Numbered from the stretch's first letter, positions 18,627 to 27,897 are shown. The stretch: DNA of 53,299 bases from Stellaceae bacterium (GCA_035552135.1 DASZLY010000338.1:1-53299); one strand, 5' to 3'. Numbers and translations are program-made. The notes: generated by a model not told the origin, from the sequence alone.

Positions 18627-18678
18627 ATGCGATTCTCCTGATCCGCGGAGCGGGGAGATCAGCATCGCGGTAATATAA

Positions 18679-19767
18679 TTACCGGTGCCGCGCCTTGACG
18701 CTGACCGATTTGAGCTGGCCGCAAGCGGCGAGGATATCGCGGCCGCGCGGCGTGCGCACCGGCGCGGAGTAGCCGGCGGCGAAGACGATGTCGGAAAACG
18801 CCGCGATGGCCGCGTCGGTCGAGCATTCGTACGGCGCGCCGGGCCACGGGTTGAACGGGATCAAGTTGACCTTGGCCGGGACGCCCTGGAGCAGCCGCAC
18901 CAGCTCCCGCGCCTCGGCTGGGCTGTCGTTGACGTCTCTCAACATCACGTATTCGAAGGTGATGCGTCGGGCGTTGCTCGACCCCGGATAGGCGCGGCAG
19001 GCATCGAGCAGCTCGCCGATCGGATATTTCTTGTTGAGCGGCACAAGCACATCGCGAATGTCGTCGCGTACCGCATGCAGCGAGATCGCCAGATTGACCC
19101 CCAGTTCGCTGCCGCAGCGCGCGATCATGGGCACCACCCCGGCGGTCGACAGGGTGATCTTGCGGCGCGAGATCGCCAGTCCTTCCGGGTCCATGACGAT
19201 CTTCATCGCCGCCGCGACATTGTCGAAATTATAGAGCGGCTCGCCCATGCCCATCAGCACGATATTGGTGAGCTGGCGGTCTTCCCCAGCTCCATTTGGG
19301 GACGATGGCCATTCGCCGAGCGCGTCGCGCGCCAGCATGACCTGGCCGACGATCTCCGCCGTGCCGAGATTGCGCACCAGGCGCTGAGTGCCGGTGTGGC
19401 AGAAGCGGCAGGTCAGCGTGCAGCCCACCTGCGATGAGACGCACAGCGTGCCGCGGTCCTCCTCGGGGATGTGGACGGTCTCGACCTCCTGCCCGTCGGC
19501 GAAGCGCAGCAGCCATTTGCGCGTCCCGTCCTGTGAGGCCTGCACTGCCGCGACGTCCGGGCGGCCGAGCACGAAGCGTTCGGCGAGCTGCGCGCGAAAT
19601 CCCTTGGCGAGGTTGGTCATCGCCGCGAAATCGGTGACCCCGCGGTGGTAGATCCAATGCCAGAGCTGGCGTGCGCGGAACGGCTGGGCAGCGAGATCGC
19701 CCAGCGCATCGGCCAATTCCGCCCGCCCGAGGCCGACAAGATTGGGCTTTTCGATATCGATATCCAT
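18679..19767 (-). CDS. rlmN: 23S rRNA/tRNA (adenine-C2)-methyltransferase, radical SAM
   Basis: ORF 18679..19767; [18 protein letters not shown] radical-SAM cluster motif; overall RlmN collinearity. Confidence 0.95.
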   Translation of the reverse strand: MDIDIEKPNLVGLGRAELADALGDLAAQPFRARQLWHWIYHRGVTDFAAMTNLAKGFRAQLAERFVLGRPDVAAVQASQDGTRKWLLRFADGQEVETVHIPEEDRGTLCVSSQVGCTLTCRFCHTGTQRLVRNLGTAEIVGQVMLARDALGEWPSSPNGAGEDRQLTNIVLMGMGEPLYNFDNVAAAMKIVMDPEGLAISRRKITLSTAGVVPMIARCGSELGVNLAISLHAVRDDIRDVLVPLNKKYPIGELLDACRAYPGSSNARRITFEYVMLRDVNDSPAEARELVRLLQGVPAKVNLIPFNPWPGAPYECSTDAAIAAFSDIVFAAGYSAPVRTPRGRDILAACGQLKSVSVKARHR

Positions 19768-20348
19768 CAGCGCTTCACATCACAGGCTTTGTCGATCAGC
19801 GCCAGCGCCTTGGAAAATCCGGCCAGCGAATAGGTGTCGGTCGTCGCACGGCCTTTCTTGGGCGCGGCCTTGACCACTGCCTGCCTCTCCTTGGTCATCG
19901 CGGCGACAATCGCCTTGTCGATCTCGGAGGTGCGGGCCCAGGCCGTATCGTCCTTGGCGAAGAGAGGATATTTCTGCGACCCCACCTCGAGGACCACATC
20001 GTTGTCCTCGTTGAGCGGGTAGCCCTCGTCGAAGCTCACGACATTGCTGACATTATCTTCGGTGCGATGGGTGATCATCGCCATCACGGGGCGGCGCTGC
20101 GCCGCGGCCGGCGCGCTCTTTTCCGGCTGGCCGACCAGATAGCACACCTTGCCGGCCTTGTTCTGCGCGAGATAGGCGGTCCAGGACCCGGCGCTGCCGA
20201 GCGATTTCGCCGGGCCCGGATCGGCGCTCGGCGCGGCCGCGGCGGAAGCCGGCTTGGCCTTGGGCTTTCTCGCCGCGGCGAGATTCGGCGCAGCCGGGAC
20301 AAACGCGAGGCAAAGAGCGCCGAGAAGCAGCGGCCAAGTTTTCATCAT
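19767..20348 (-). CDS. Invasion-associated locus B (IalB) family protein
   Basis: ORF 19767..20348; signal peptide; [16 protein letters not shown]..; the usual alphaproteobacterial neighbour of rlmN. Confidence 0.85.
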   Translation of the reverse strand: MMKTWPLLLGALCLAFVPAAPNLAAARKPKAKPASAAAAPSADPGPAKSLGSAGSWTAYLAQNKAGKVCYLVGQPEKSAPAAAQRRPVMAMITHRTEDNVSNVVSFDEGYPLNEDNDVVLEVGSQKYPLFAKDDTAWARTSEIDKAIVAAMTKERQAVVKAAPKKGRATTDTYSLAGFSKALALIDKACDVKR

Positions 20349-20443
20349 CGCTCAAAGATAGTCGCCGCGTGGAATCATTGCCACCGCGCCAAATGTCCGA
20401 GCCGCCCCTCCCCAGACGGGGCAAAACCGGGCACAATGCGCAC

Positions 20444-21007
20444 ATGGCCACGGGGAGCGACATCACGGTCCGAACCGCCCGGCTCGACGATGCCGCGCCG
20501 ATCGGCGGGCTCGACGTCGAGACTTGGCAGGCGGCTTATGCCGGGATCCTCGGCACGCCCTATCTCGCCGGCCTCAGCGCGGCCCGCCGCGAGGCTGGCT
20601 GGAGCCATGTGATTCGGCGCGATCCGGCGAGCGTCTATGTCGCCATCGCCGCTGACGGCGCGATCGTCGGCTTCGGCAGCTGCGGCGCGGCGCGCGGCGA
20701 GCCGAGTTTCACCGGCGAGGTGTTCACCCTCTACGTGGCGCCGGACTGGCAGAACCAGGGCATCGGGCGCCGCCTGCTGCTGGCAATGTTCGCCCGGCTC
20801 GCGGCCCAGGGCCACAAATCCGCGGTGATCTGGGTGCTGCGCGAAAACTCAGCACGGTTCTTCTATCAGCGACTCGGCGGCCGCGAGATGCGCCACAAGC
20901 AGCTGCCGTTCAACGGCAGCGAGGTCGCGGCGGCGGGCTATGGCTGGAGCGACCTGCCCGGCTATCTGGCGGCACACACGGCCGCGGACCGCGAGCCCAA
21001 GGCCTAG
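20444..21007 (+). CDS. GNAT family N-acetyltransferase
   Basis: ATG 20444 inside ORF 20369..21007; LYVAPDWQNQGIGRRLL acetyl-CoA binding motif (Q/RxxGxG/A). Confidence 0.8.
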   Translation: MATGSDITVRTARLDDAAPIGGLDVETWQAAYAGILGTPYLAGLSAARREAGWSHVIRRDPASVYVAIAADGAIVGFGSCGAARGEPSFTGEVFTLYVAPDWQNQGIGRRLLLAMFARLAAQGHKSAVIWVLRENSARFFYQRLGGREMRHKQLPFNGSEVAAAGYGWSDLPGYLAAHTAADREPKA

Positions 21008-21483
21008 CGGAAATGCGCCGGGGGCGGGCCGGCGAGCGCGCTGGCGTCACCGCCTTCCTGCCAGTGCCCGCTCTTCTTCAGCGCCGCGGCGACTTCGGGC
21101 GGCATGTATTTCTCGTCATGCTTGGCGAGAATCGTGCCGGCGACAAAGACCCCGTCCTTGATCCGCCCCTCGGCGACCACCCCCTGCCCCTCGCGAAACA
21201 GGTCGGGAAGCATGCCGTCATAGCTGACCGCGATGTCGGTCTTGCCGTCGGTGACGCGAAACGCGACGCGGCCTCCGTCCTCGTGCACCACGCTCTGCGT
21301 CTCGACCAACCCGCCGATGCGCAATCGCCCCTCAGCGAGCGCCGGCTTCGTCAGGAGCTCGGTCGGACTGTAGAAGAACACTAGATTGTCGCGAAACGCC
21401 GCCAGCACCATGGCCGTCGCGCCGCCCAGCGCGACCAGCCCGACGACCAGGATCGCCAGGCGCTTCTTCTTGCGGCTGGTCAT
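21004..21483 (-). CDS. ccmE: Cytochrome c maturation heme chaperone CcmE
   Basis: ORF 21004..21483; FFYSPTEL..LRIGGLV..VLAKHDEKYMPPEV (heme-binding His). Confidence 0.95.
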   Translation of the reverse strand: MTSRKKKRLAILVVGLVALGGATAMVLAAFRDNLVFFYSPTELLTKPALAEGRLRIGGLVETQSVVHEDGGRVAFRVTDGKTDIAVSYDGMLPDLFREGQGVVAEGRIKDGVFVAGTILAKHDEKYMPPEVAAALKKSGHWQEGGDASALAGPPPAHFR

Positions 21484-21644
21484 CGCCCGCCGCGCTGCAG
21501 CCGGTCGAGTTCGCGCAGGCTGGCGCGATAGCGCCGCACCGACTGCACCGCGATCCCGCCGAGCACGGCGAGCGCGACCGCATAGGCCGGCCAGACAAAA
21601 GCCGCGTAGCCGCCCATCGCCGCCCAGCCGGCAAGGCCGCTCAT
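21480..21644 (-). CDS. ccmD: Heme exporter protein CcmD
   Basis: ATG 21644 within ORF 21480..21881; MSGLAGWAAMGGYAAFVWPAYAVALAVLGGIAV; ATGA overlaps with ccmC and ccmE. Confidence 0.8.
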   Translation of the reverse strand: MSGLAGWAAMGGYAAFVWPAYAVALAVLGGIAVQSVRRYRASLRELDRLQRGGR

Positions 21645-22405
21645 CGCAGCGCCGGGCTCGCGCCGGGCACCGGCGCGTCGCTGCGCCGGGCCGGCGCGGC
21701 GAGCCGCAGCGCGCGCGCCTTGCGCTCGTTCAATGCCGTACGCATGCGGACGAAGAGCAGCGCCTTGAACAGCAGCAGATAGCCAACCGCCATCACCAGC
21801 AGCGGCCACAGCATCGACGCGTCGATCGTCGGACCGCCCATGCGAAAGACGCTGTCGGCCTGGTGCAGCGTGTTCCACCAATCGACCGAGAATTTGATGA
21901 TCGGCAGGTTGACCACCCCGACCAGCGCCAACACCGAGCCGGCGCGCGCGCCGCGGCCGGGATCATCAAACGCGTTCACCAGTGCGATATAACCGAGATA
22001 GAGGAAGAACAGCACCAGCACCGAGGTCATCCGCGCGTCCCACGCCCACCACGTGCCCCACATCGGCCGGCCCCACAGCGAGCCGGTGACGAGGCAGACC
22101 AGGGTGAAGGCCGCGCCGAGCGGCGCCGCGGCCTGGGCGGCAATTTCCGCCAACGGATGCTTCCACACCAGCGCAACCGCGCTCGCCACCGCGACGACGA
22201 GGTAGGCGAAGAGCGCCAGCCACGCTGCCGGGACATGGACGAACATGATCTTGACGCTCTCGCCCTGCTGGTAGTCGGGCGGCGCCACGAACAGTGCGAG
22301 ATAGAGTCCCGCCGCCAGCATCGCCACGGCCGCCAGGCCAAGCGCGGGCAGCATGGCGCCGCTCCACCGCATAAAGCGCGCCGGGTTGGCGAGATAGGTC
22401 AGCAT
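21641..22405 (-). CDS. ccmC: Heme exporter / heme lyase component CcmC
   Basis: ATG 22405 within ORF 21641..23236; WGRPMWGTWWAWDARMT (WGxxWxWD Trp-rich motif). Confidence 0.9.
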   Translation of the reverse strand: MLTYLANPARFMRWSGAMLPALGLAAVAMLAAGLYLALFVAPPDYQQGESVKIMFVHVPAAWLALFAYLVVAVASAVALVWKHPLAEIAAQAAAPLGAAFTLVCLVTGSLWGRPMWGTWWAWDARMTSVLVLFFLYLGYIALVNAFDDPGRGARAGSVLALVGVVNLPIIKFSVDWWNTLHQADSVFRMGGPTIDASMLWPLLVMAVGYLLLFKALLFVRMRTALNERKARALRLAAPARRSDAPVPGASPALR

Positions 22406-22431
22406 GGCGGCAAGTCTACCCCAAAACCCCG

Positions 22432-23097
22432 TCAGTCGAGCGCCTGGCGCAATGCCGCGGCCGTGGCGAGGGGCGCCAACGGTAGTGCCGCGAGGCTTAG
22501 CGCGCCGAGGAGCAAGAGATGGGGACGCGCGCCGCCCCCGGCAATTCCGGCCTCGACCGCCCCCGCGCCGAAGATCAGCACCGGCAGATAGAGCGGCAGC
22601 ACGATCAGCGATGACAGCACGCCGGGCCGCCGCGCGCCGAGGGTCAGCGCCGCGGCAATTGCCCCCAGAAGGCTCAGCGCCGGCGTGCCCAGCAGCAGCC
22701 CCAGCGCCAACACGGCCATGGAGCGCGCGTCGAGATCGAGCAGCAGCGCGAGAAACGGGCTGATGATCGCGAGCGGCAGCCCGGTCGTCACCCAATGCGC
22801 CGCGCATTTGGCGACGACCGCGCCCTCCAGCGGCATCGCCGATAGCGCCAGGAGGTCGAGCCCGCCATCGGCGTAATCGGCGGCGAACAGCCGGTCGAGG
22901 CTCAGCACCGCGGCGAGCAGCGCGGCGACCCAGATGATTCCGGCGCCGATCTGGCGCAGCGTTTCCGCCTCCGGCCCGACGCCGAGCGGAAACAGCATCA
23001 CCGCCAGCACGAAAAACCCGAGCGCCAGCCCGATCTCGCCGCCCTGGCGGAAGGCGAGCAACACATCGTGCCGAAAGAGGCCGAGATAGGGGCGCAC
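22432..23097 (-). CDS. ccmB: Heme exporter permease CcmB
   Basis: ORF 22432..23097; six-TM profile; LFAADYADGGLDLL motif. Confidence 0.9.
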   Translation of the reverse strand: MRPYLGLFRHDVLLAFRQGGEIGLALGFFVLAVMLFPLGVGPEAETLRQIGAGIIWVAALLAAVLSLDRLFAADYADGGLDLLALSAMPLEGAVVAKCAAHWVTTGLPLAIISPFLALLLDLDARSMAVLALGLLLGTPALSLLGAIAAALTLGARRPGVLSSLIVLPLYLPVLIFGAGAVEAGIAGGGARPHLLLLGALSLAALPLAPLATAAALRQALD

Positions 23098-23099
23098 CC

Positions 23100-23774
23100 T
23101 CAGAACCCGCCGGACATCTCGCCGGCGTGTGGCGGTGCCGCGAAATCCTCCAGCGCCAGGCGGTGCGGGCCAGACAACCCCAGCGCCTGATGCGTGGCGA
23201 TCGCGACGCGCCCGCCAGCCGCGCGATGCGCCTCAATCACCGTCAGGAGACGCTGTTCGCCATCGGCGTCGAGCGCGGCGGTCGGCTCGTCGAGCAGCCA
23301 GATCGCCGCCGGCGCCGCGATCAGGCGGGCGAGCGCCAGCCGGCGCCGTTGCCCGGCGGACAGCCAGCGGCACGGCCAATCGGCGATCGTGTCAAGGCCG
23401 AACGCGGCGAGCGCCGCATCGAGGCGCGGCGCCGCGATGCCGCGAAGCCCGGCCCAGAACGCCAGCGTCTCGCGCACCGCCAGCGCCGGCTTGATCGCGT
23501 CGAAGTGCCCGACATAATCGAGGCTAGCGCGGTAACGGCCGGGGTCGTAAACGACGGGCGCGCCGTGCCAGACCAGCTGTCCCGCCGCCGGCGCCAGCAG
23601 CGTCGCGAGCAGCCGCAAGAGGCTCGACTTGCCGCTGCCGTTGGCGCCCGTCAGCACCAGAGCGCCGCCCGGGGGCAGCACAAAACCCAGCCCGGCGAAG
23701 ACCAGCCGCTCGCCGCGCCGGCAGGCCAGTCCCTCGGCGATGAGATCACTGTCGCCGACAGCGAGTTCAGTCAT
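23100..23774 (-). CDS. ccmA: Heme ABC exporter ATP-binding protein CcmA
   Basis: ATG 23774 within ORF 23100..24053; Walker A GANGSGKSSLLR, signature LSAGQRRRLAL, Walker B IWLLDEP. Confidence 0.9.
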   Translation of the reverse strand: MTELAVGDSDLIAEGLACRRGERLVFAGLGFVLPPGGALVLTGANGSGKSSLLRLLATLLAPAAGQLVWHGAPVVYDPGRYRASLDYVGHFDAIKPALAVRETLAFWAGLRGIAAPRLDAALAAFGLDTIADWPCRWLSAGQRRRLALARLIAAPAAIWLLDEPTAALDADGEQRLLTVIEAHRAAGGRVAIATHQALGLSGPHRLALEDFAAPPHAGEMSGGF

Positions 23775-23788
23775 TGCCGGGCGCGGGC

Positions 23789-23825
23789 AAAAAAAGGCGG
23801 CTCCGGAGGGGGAATCCGGAGCCGC
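23789..23825 (-). terminator. Intrinsic terminator-like hairpin (11-bp GC stem, 7-nt loop, U7)
   Basis: RNA sense GCGGCUCCGGA-UUCCCCC-UCCGGAGCCGC-C-UUUUUUU (stem 23797-23807/23815-23825, A-run 23789-23795 on the plus strand). It ends only 14 nt before the ccmA ATG. Confidence 0.7.
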
Positions 23826-23850
23826 TTGGCTCCCGTCCGAGCAAATCGGC

Positions 23851-23901
23851 CGGATGCGAGGTTTGGGGGACAAACCTGTAAGGACCTGCCTTACCCATCC
23901 G
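23851..23901 (-). promoter_or_regulatory. Structured RNA element (closing stem plus two hairpins), candidate leader aptamer or sRNA body
   Basis: Closing stem cggatg (23851-23856)/catccg (23896-23901) encloses aggtttg-gggga-caaacct (23859-23877) and gtaagg-acctg-ccttac (23878-23894). In RNA sense the loops are C-rich (UCCCC). Confidence 0.35.
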
Positions 23902-23991
23902 ACATTGCCCCCCGATTGCGTCGCCGCGTTGAATAAATTGAGGCGTTTTGATGAATTTGCCGAAGCCCCGCTGCTGCACTCGGCTCGCGTG

Positions 23992-25239
23992 CTAGCCGAT
24001 CGGCCGGCGGTCTTCGATGAGCCGCCCGTCTTGCGGCAGGCTGCCGGCAGCAACGCAGGAAACCGCGGTGCGCAGCTTAGTCACGGCCTGCGCCGTCGCG
24101 GCGATCGCGTCCGCTTCGCCCGGCGCATCGGTTTCCACCAGCAGCGTCATTGCATCGGCATTCGCCGGGCGCTCGATCACCAGGCGCACGCGGCGCACCG
24201 CCGGGTGGCGGCGGACGATCTCGCCGACCTGCGAGGGATGGACGAACATGCCGCGCACCTTGGCCGACTGGTCGGCGCGGCCGAGCCAGCCCTTGATGCG
24301 CTGATTGGTCCGCCCGCACGGACTCGGCTCGGTGAGCACCGCCGACAGATCGCCGGTGGCGAAGCGAATCAGCGGGTATTCCGGCGTCAGCGTCGTCACC
24401 ACGACCTCGCCGACCTCGCCCGGCGCTACCGGCGTGCCGCCGCCCGGCTCGACGATTTCCAGGATCACCCCTTCGTCGACCACCATTCCGTCGCAGACCG
24501 CACCGTCGGGGCCCGTCGTCTCATAGGCGATGAGACCGAGATCGGCCGTGCCGTAGCATTGCAGCGCGGCAATGCCCTTCGCGGCGAATTCGGCCCGCAA
24601 GACGCCGGGAAAAGCCTCGGCGCCGACCATCGCCTTTTTCAGCGAGGAGATGTCGCTGCCGGTCTCAGCGGCGCGGTCGATCAGGATCTTGAGGAAGGAC
24701 GGCGTGCCGACATAGGCGACCGGCCGCAGATCGGCGATCGTCTTGAGCTGCTGCTCGGTCTGTCCCGTGCCGGCCGGGATTACCGGGCAGCCCAGCGCCA
24801 GAGCCGCGCTTTCGAGCATCGCCCCAGCCGGGGTCAGGTGATAGGAGAACGTGTTGTGCACCAGATCGCCGGCACAAAAGCCGGCAGCGTGCAGCGCCCG
24901 TGCCATGCGAAAGAAATCCGGCCGCCGCGCCTCGATCTCGTAGATCGGCCCGGGCGAGGCGAAGACCCGCGCCACGGCGTCCATCGTCACGGTGGTGAAC
25001 CCGCCGAACGGCGGGTTGCGCCGCTGCACGTCGAGCAGCTCCGACTTCCGCGTGAGCGGCAGCGCCGCGAGGGTGGGGCGGCTGTCGACGGCCTCGGGGC
25101 GGATGCCGGCGAGAAGCTCGCGATAGGCCGGCGCGTGACGCTGCGCCGCGCCGACGAGTTGCGGCAACGCCGCCATCAACGCCGCCTCGCGCGCCGCCGG
25201 GTCGCGCGTTTCGCTGTTGTCGTAGAAGGACACCGCCAC
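23992..25239 (-). CDS. Phenylacetate-CoA ligase family protein (PaaK-like adenylate-forming enzyme)
   Basis: ORF 23992..25329; YDNSETRDPAAREAAL..LPLTRKSEL..GTPSFL..YGTADLG..IRFATGDL..KVRGMFVHP. The start is probably GTG 25239 or 25233, because the porin terminator occupies 25327-25361. Confidence 0.8.
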   Translation of the reverse strand: MAVSFYDNSETRDPAAREAALMAALPQLVGAAQRHAPAYRELLAGIRPEAVDSRPTLAALPLTRKSELLDVQRRNPPFGGFTTVTMDAVARVFASPGPIYEIEARRPDFFRMARALHAAGFCAGDLVHNTFSYHLTPAGAMLESAALALGCPVIPAGTGQTEQQLKTIADLRPVAYVGTPSFLKILIDRAAETGSDISSLKKAMVGAEAFPGVLRAEFAAKGIAALQCYGTADLGLIAYETTGPDGAVCDGMVVDEGVILEIVEPGGGTPVAPGEVGEVVVTTLTPEYPLIRFATGDLSAVLTEPSPCGRTNQRIKGWLGRADQSAKVRGMFVHPSQVGEIVRRHPAVRRVRLVIERPANADAMTLLVETDAPGEADAIAATAQAVTKLRTAVSCVAAGSLPQDGRLIEDRRPIG

Positions 25240-25326
25240 CAGACCCGCCCCGTGCACCCCAGCTCGACCGCTTCCGGTGTACACCGGCGGGCGCAACGGC
25301 GCCAGACGCGGCGGCGCGGTTGCAGG

Positions 25327-25361
25327 CAAAGAAAAACCCGCCGGCCGGGGCCGACGGGTTT
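25327..25361 (-). terminator. Intrinsic terminator downstream of the porin gene
   Basis: Arms 25334-25346/25349-25361 (13 bp, one mismatch), followed on the minus strand by UUUUUCUUUG. Confidence 0.6.
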
Positions 25362-25388
25362 CCTATCTCGCTCCGAAGAGCGAAGCGG

Positions 25389-27002
25389 CTAGAAGCGGAA
25401 CGCGAACTTGCTGATCAGTACGTTCTGCGTGCCGGTCGAGTTGTTCAGCACGGTGCGCTGGCTCCACATGTACTCGAGGCCGATATCGACGAACGACACC
25501 GGGTTCCAGATCAAATTGGCGTGCGCCGTCATGATCTCCTTGTTGATCGAGCCCGCCTGGGCCGCGCCGACCAGCTTAATCGGGATGCCGCTATGCGCGT
25601 TGAAGCCGGCATTGACGTTGCTGCGCAGATTGTCGAGCCACCAATGCTGGTAGCCGAGCTCCGCACCCATCTCCTGCGTCGGCTTGAAGATGATCGCCGA
25701 TGCCGAGGCCGCGCTGGTCGGGCCGTTGAACCCGCCATAGGTCCCGGCCGAGGCCGAGGTCGAGGGCAGGCCGTAATTCGTCGCCAGGTCGAAATTGGTG
25801 CTGGCGTTGAGGAACGGGCCGATCGTATCGCCGGCGGTGAAGTGCATGATGATGTCGTCCTTCACCCAACCGAACCAGCCCGGCTTGATGTCGATGCCGA
25901 CATGACCGCCGTAGCCGATGTAGTCCTTGGCGAAGAAGTGGCCGTCGGTGACGTCGATGCCGGGACGCAGCACCGCGGAGAGGTCGATATGGCCCCAGGG
26001 CTGCGGCAGGTACCAGGCCGCGGTGAAGTCAGGCGCGGTCGCCTTGGCGACGTTGAGCGGGGTGACCCCGCTGGTCAGCAGCGTGGTCGAGCAGGTCGAG
26101 GTCGCCGCACTGACCGCCGCCGGCGCACCCGCGGTGCAGCTGGTGGTCGCGGTCGGGATGACGCCGGCATCGTTCGCCTCGACGCCGTTGGCGGTGGCGA
26201 CGATGGTCTCCGGCTGCTCGGCCGAGAACGACAGCGAGGCGCCCCACCAGGCGGGCATCGTCCAGCGCACCTGCGGGATGCGGACATGGCCCGGCTCGCC
26301 GACATTGCCGCCGAAGTCGAGGGTTTCGCCGTTGGCGTCGGGATCGGAGAAGTTCGAGGTCGCCTGACCGGCCAGGAGGCCGCCTAACGTGCCGTAGGCG
26401 TAGCGCAGGCGGGGCGCGAGGTTATCCGACACCGAGGTCGGGTCGCTGCCGCCCGGGACAAACGAGCCGGCTTCGGTCCAGTCCCACTCCAAGACGGTGC
26501 GGGCTTCGCCGAACGGGGTCGGGGTGCGGCTCTCGAAGCCGATCTTCGATTCACGCGGGGTCTGCTGGAACACCCCGCCGCCGCGCGCCGCCGCCACGCT
26601 GCCGTGCAGCGGGGTGTTCTGCGCAAAGCCGTTGTCGCCAATGGTGGTGTTGGACGGGCTGGTGTTGACCGCGACGCCGCCGCCCGACATCCAGTAGTCC
26701 ATAATCTCGGTGATCTGACCGTAGATCTTGATCGAGGTGTCGGTGCCGGGGATCAGGATCGAACGCGGGAAGCTGCCCGCGGTGACCGCCGCGCCCGCCG
26801 CCTTGTTCTGATCGACCGAGAACACGGCGCCTTGGCCGGGCTGCAGCCCGACCGCGGCGAGCTGATCGATGCGCGTGTTGAGGATCTGCTGGTTGACTTG
26901 CAGATCGTCGGCGCGGGCGCCTGCGAGGCCGGTCAACATCGCCAGCGCTGCCGTGCTGCCGCCGAGCGCGACGATGGTGCCGATTTTCCGATTGATAATC
27001 AT
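25389..27002 (-). CDS. Outer-membrane porin (DcaP-like, Bradyrhizobiaceae/Beijerinckiaceae type)
   Basis: ORF 25389..27002; signal peptide ..LAGARA; N-terminal coiled segment DLQVNQQILNTRIDQL; alternating beta-strand pattern; C-terminal ISKFAFRF. Confidence 0.85.
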   Translation of the reverse strand: MIINRKIGTIVALGGSTAALAMLTGLAGARADDLQVNQQILNTRIDQLAAVGLQPGQGAVFSVDQNKAAGAAVTAGSFPRSILIPGTDTSIKIYGQITEIMDYWMSGGGVAVNTSPSNTTIGDNGFAQNTPLHGSVAAARGGGVFQQTPRESKIGFESRTPTPFGEARTVLEWDWTEAGSFVPGGSDPTSVSDNLAPRLRYAYGTLGGLLAGQATSNFSDPDANGETLDFGGNVGEPGHVRIPQVRWTMPAWWGASLSFSAEQPETIVATANGVEANDAGVIPTATTSCTAGAPAAVSAATSTCSTTLLTSGVTPLNVAKATAPDFTAAWYLPQPWGHIDLSAVLRPGIDVTDGHFFAKDYIGYGGHVGIDIKPGWFGWVKDDIIMHFTAGDTIGPFLNASTNFDLATNYGLPSTSASAGTYGGFNGPTSAASASAIIFKPTQEMGAELGYQHWWLDNLRSNVNAGFNAHSGIPIKLVGAAQAGSINKEIMTAHANLIWNPVSFVDIGLEYMWSQRTVLNNSTGTQNVLISKFAFRF

Positions 27003-27264
27003 TGCTCCCCCAATTTCAGGTTGCCCGAATGGCAGGCGAGGGCACCTGACCCTCTTGCTTTATGATATTGCGTCGAGATATTGCGCGCTAGCATGATCAA
27101 CGCGGTTTACGCGAAAAAGTGACGTTTTCAACGCAGCGTGGCCTGACGGCAACACTGCCCTTTAAATATTTGTTCTGCCGGGATTTTCAGCCGCCGAGAC
27201 GCGTGTTTTCGCGGCCCCGCTGCGCGATTCGGATCGCTCGGCCGGCTCTAGCGCAGCAAGCGAA

Positions 27265-27897
27265 TTAGAATTTGAAGCCGATGCGGCCGCCGGCGCTGGT
27301 AATGCCGGCATTGTGTCGCGCGAGGTTGGCGTTCGAGATGTGATCGAGGATCGCCGACACGCTGATCGTCGGCGTGATCTGGTAGCCGACCTCGGCGCTC
27401 TCGCGGAACAGCACCGGCGAGCCCAAATTCTTGCGCCCGACCGGGGCGGTGCCCGTGAAGCCGTCCTGATAGGCGCCGCCCAGGCTGCCATTGGCGAAGA
27501 TATAGTCGCCCGGGTGGAACAAATTCTGGATCAGCGAGACGCCCCAGGTGAGGCCGATATAGCCGTCGCTGGTCTCGCCGGCGGTATTGATATCAGCGCC
27601 GATATGCGGCCGTGGCGAGCCGATCACCGCGAGCAGGTCGGGCGAGGTGAACAGCATCTCCAGATTGACGTCGGGCCCGTGCTCGATGTTGTCGCCGAGA
27701 AAGCCGACATCGTGGCCAAGCGCGCCGAGCTTGACCTCGTCGATGATCTGGCCGGGCGTCGCGTTCGGGTTCGGCGGCAGCGCCGCAAAGCCGAAAGTCA
27801 TGCCCTGGCCTTGCGCCGCGGCCAAATGCGGCAGCAGCGCGACGCTCGCCGCGATCGTCACCCGCGTCGCCCAATGCATCAGAGATTGCTCGCCCAT
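27265..27897 (-). CDS. Acyloxyacyl hydrolase / lipid A 3-O-deacylase (PagL-like) family outer-membrane protein
   Basis: ORF 27265..27957 (TTG). ATG 27897 or 27879 is the likely start, followed by signal peptide MHWATRVTIAASVALLPHLAAA. DHISNAN (HxSN catalytic motif); C-terminal GFKF. Confidence 0.7.
   Translation of the reverse strand: MGEQSLMHWATRVTIAASVALLPHLAAAQGQGMTFGFAALPPNPNATPGQIIDEVKLGALGHDVGFLGDNIEHGPDVNLEMLFTSPDLLAVIGSPRPHIGADINTAGETSDGYIGLTWGVSLIQNLFHPGDYIFANGSLGGAYQDGFTGTAPVGRKNLGSPVLFRESAEVGYQITPTISVSAILDHISNANLARHNAGITSAGGRIGFKF

Noticed and set aside
16240-18700. Search for mobile-element hallmarks (integrase, transposase, inverted or direct terminal repeats) around the low-GC islet
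   Set aside because: None found by eye. Only a short palindrome ggtaat-ata-attacc at 18668-18682 overlapping the rlmN stop. The islet is therefore reported as a compositional anomaly, not as a mobile element.
23767-23979. 70-aa minus-strand ORF covering the PaaK-like/ccmA spacer
   Set aside because: No SD, odd composition, and it runs through the hairpins and the U7 terminator. The region is better explained as structured non-coding RNA.
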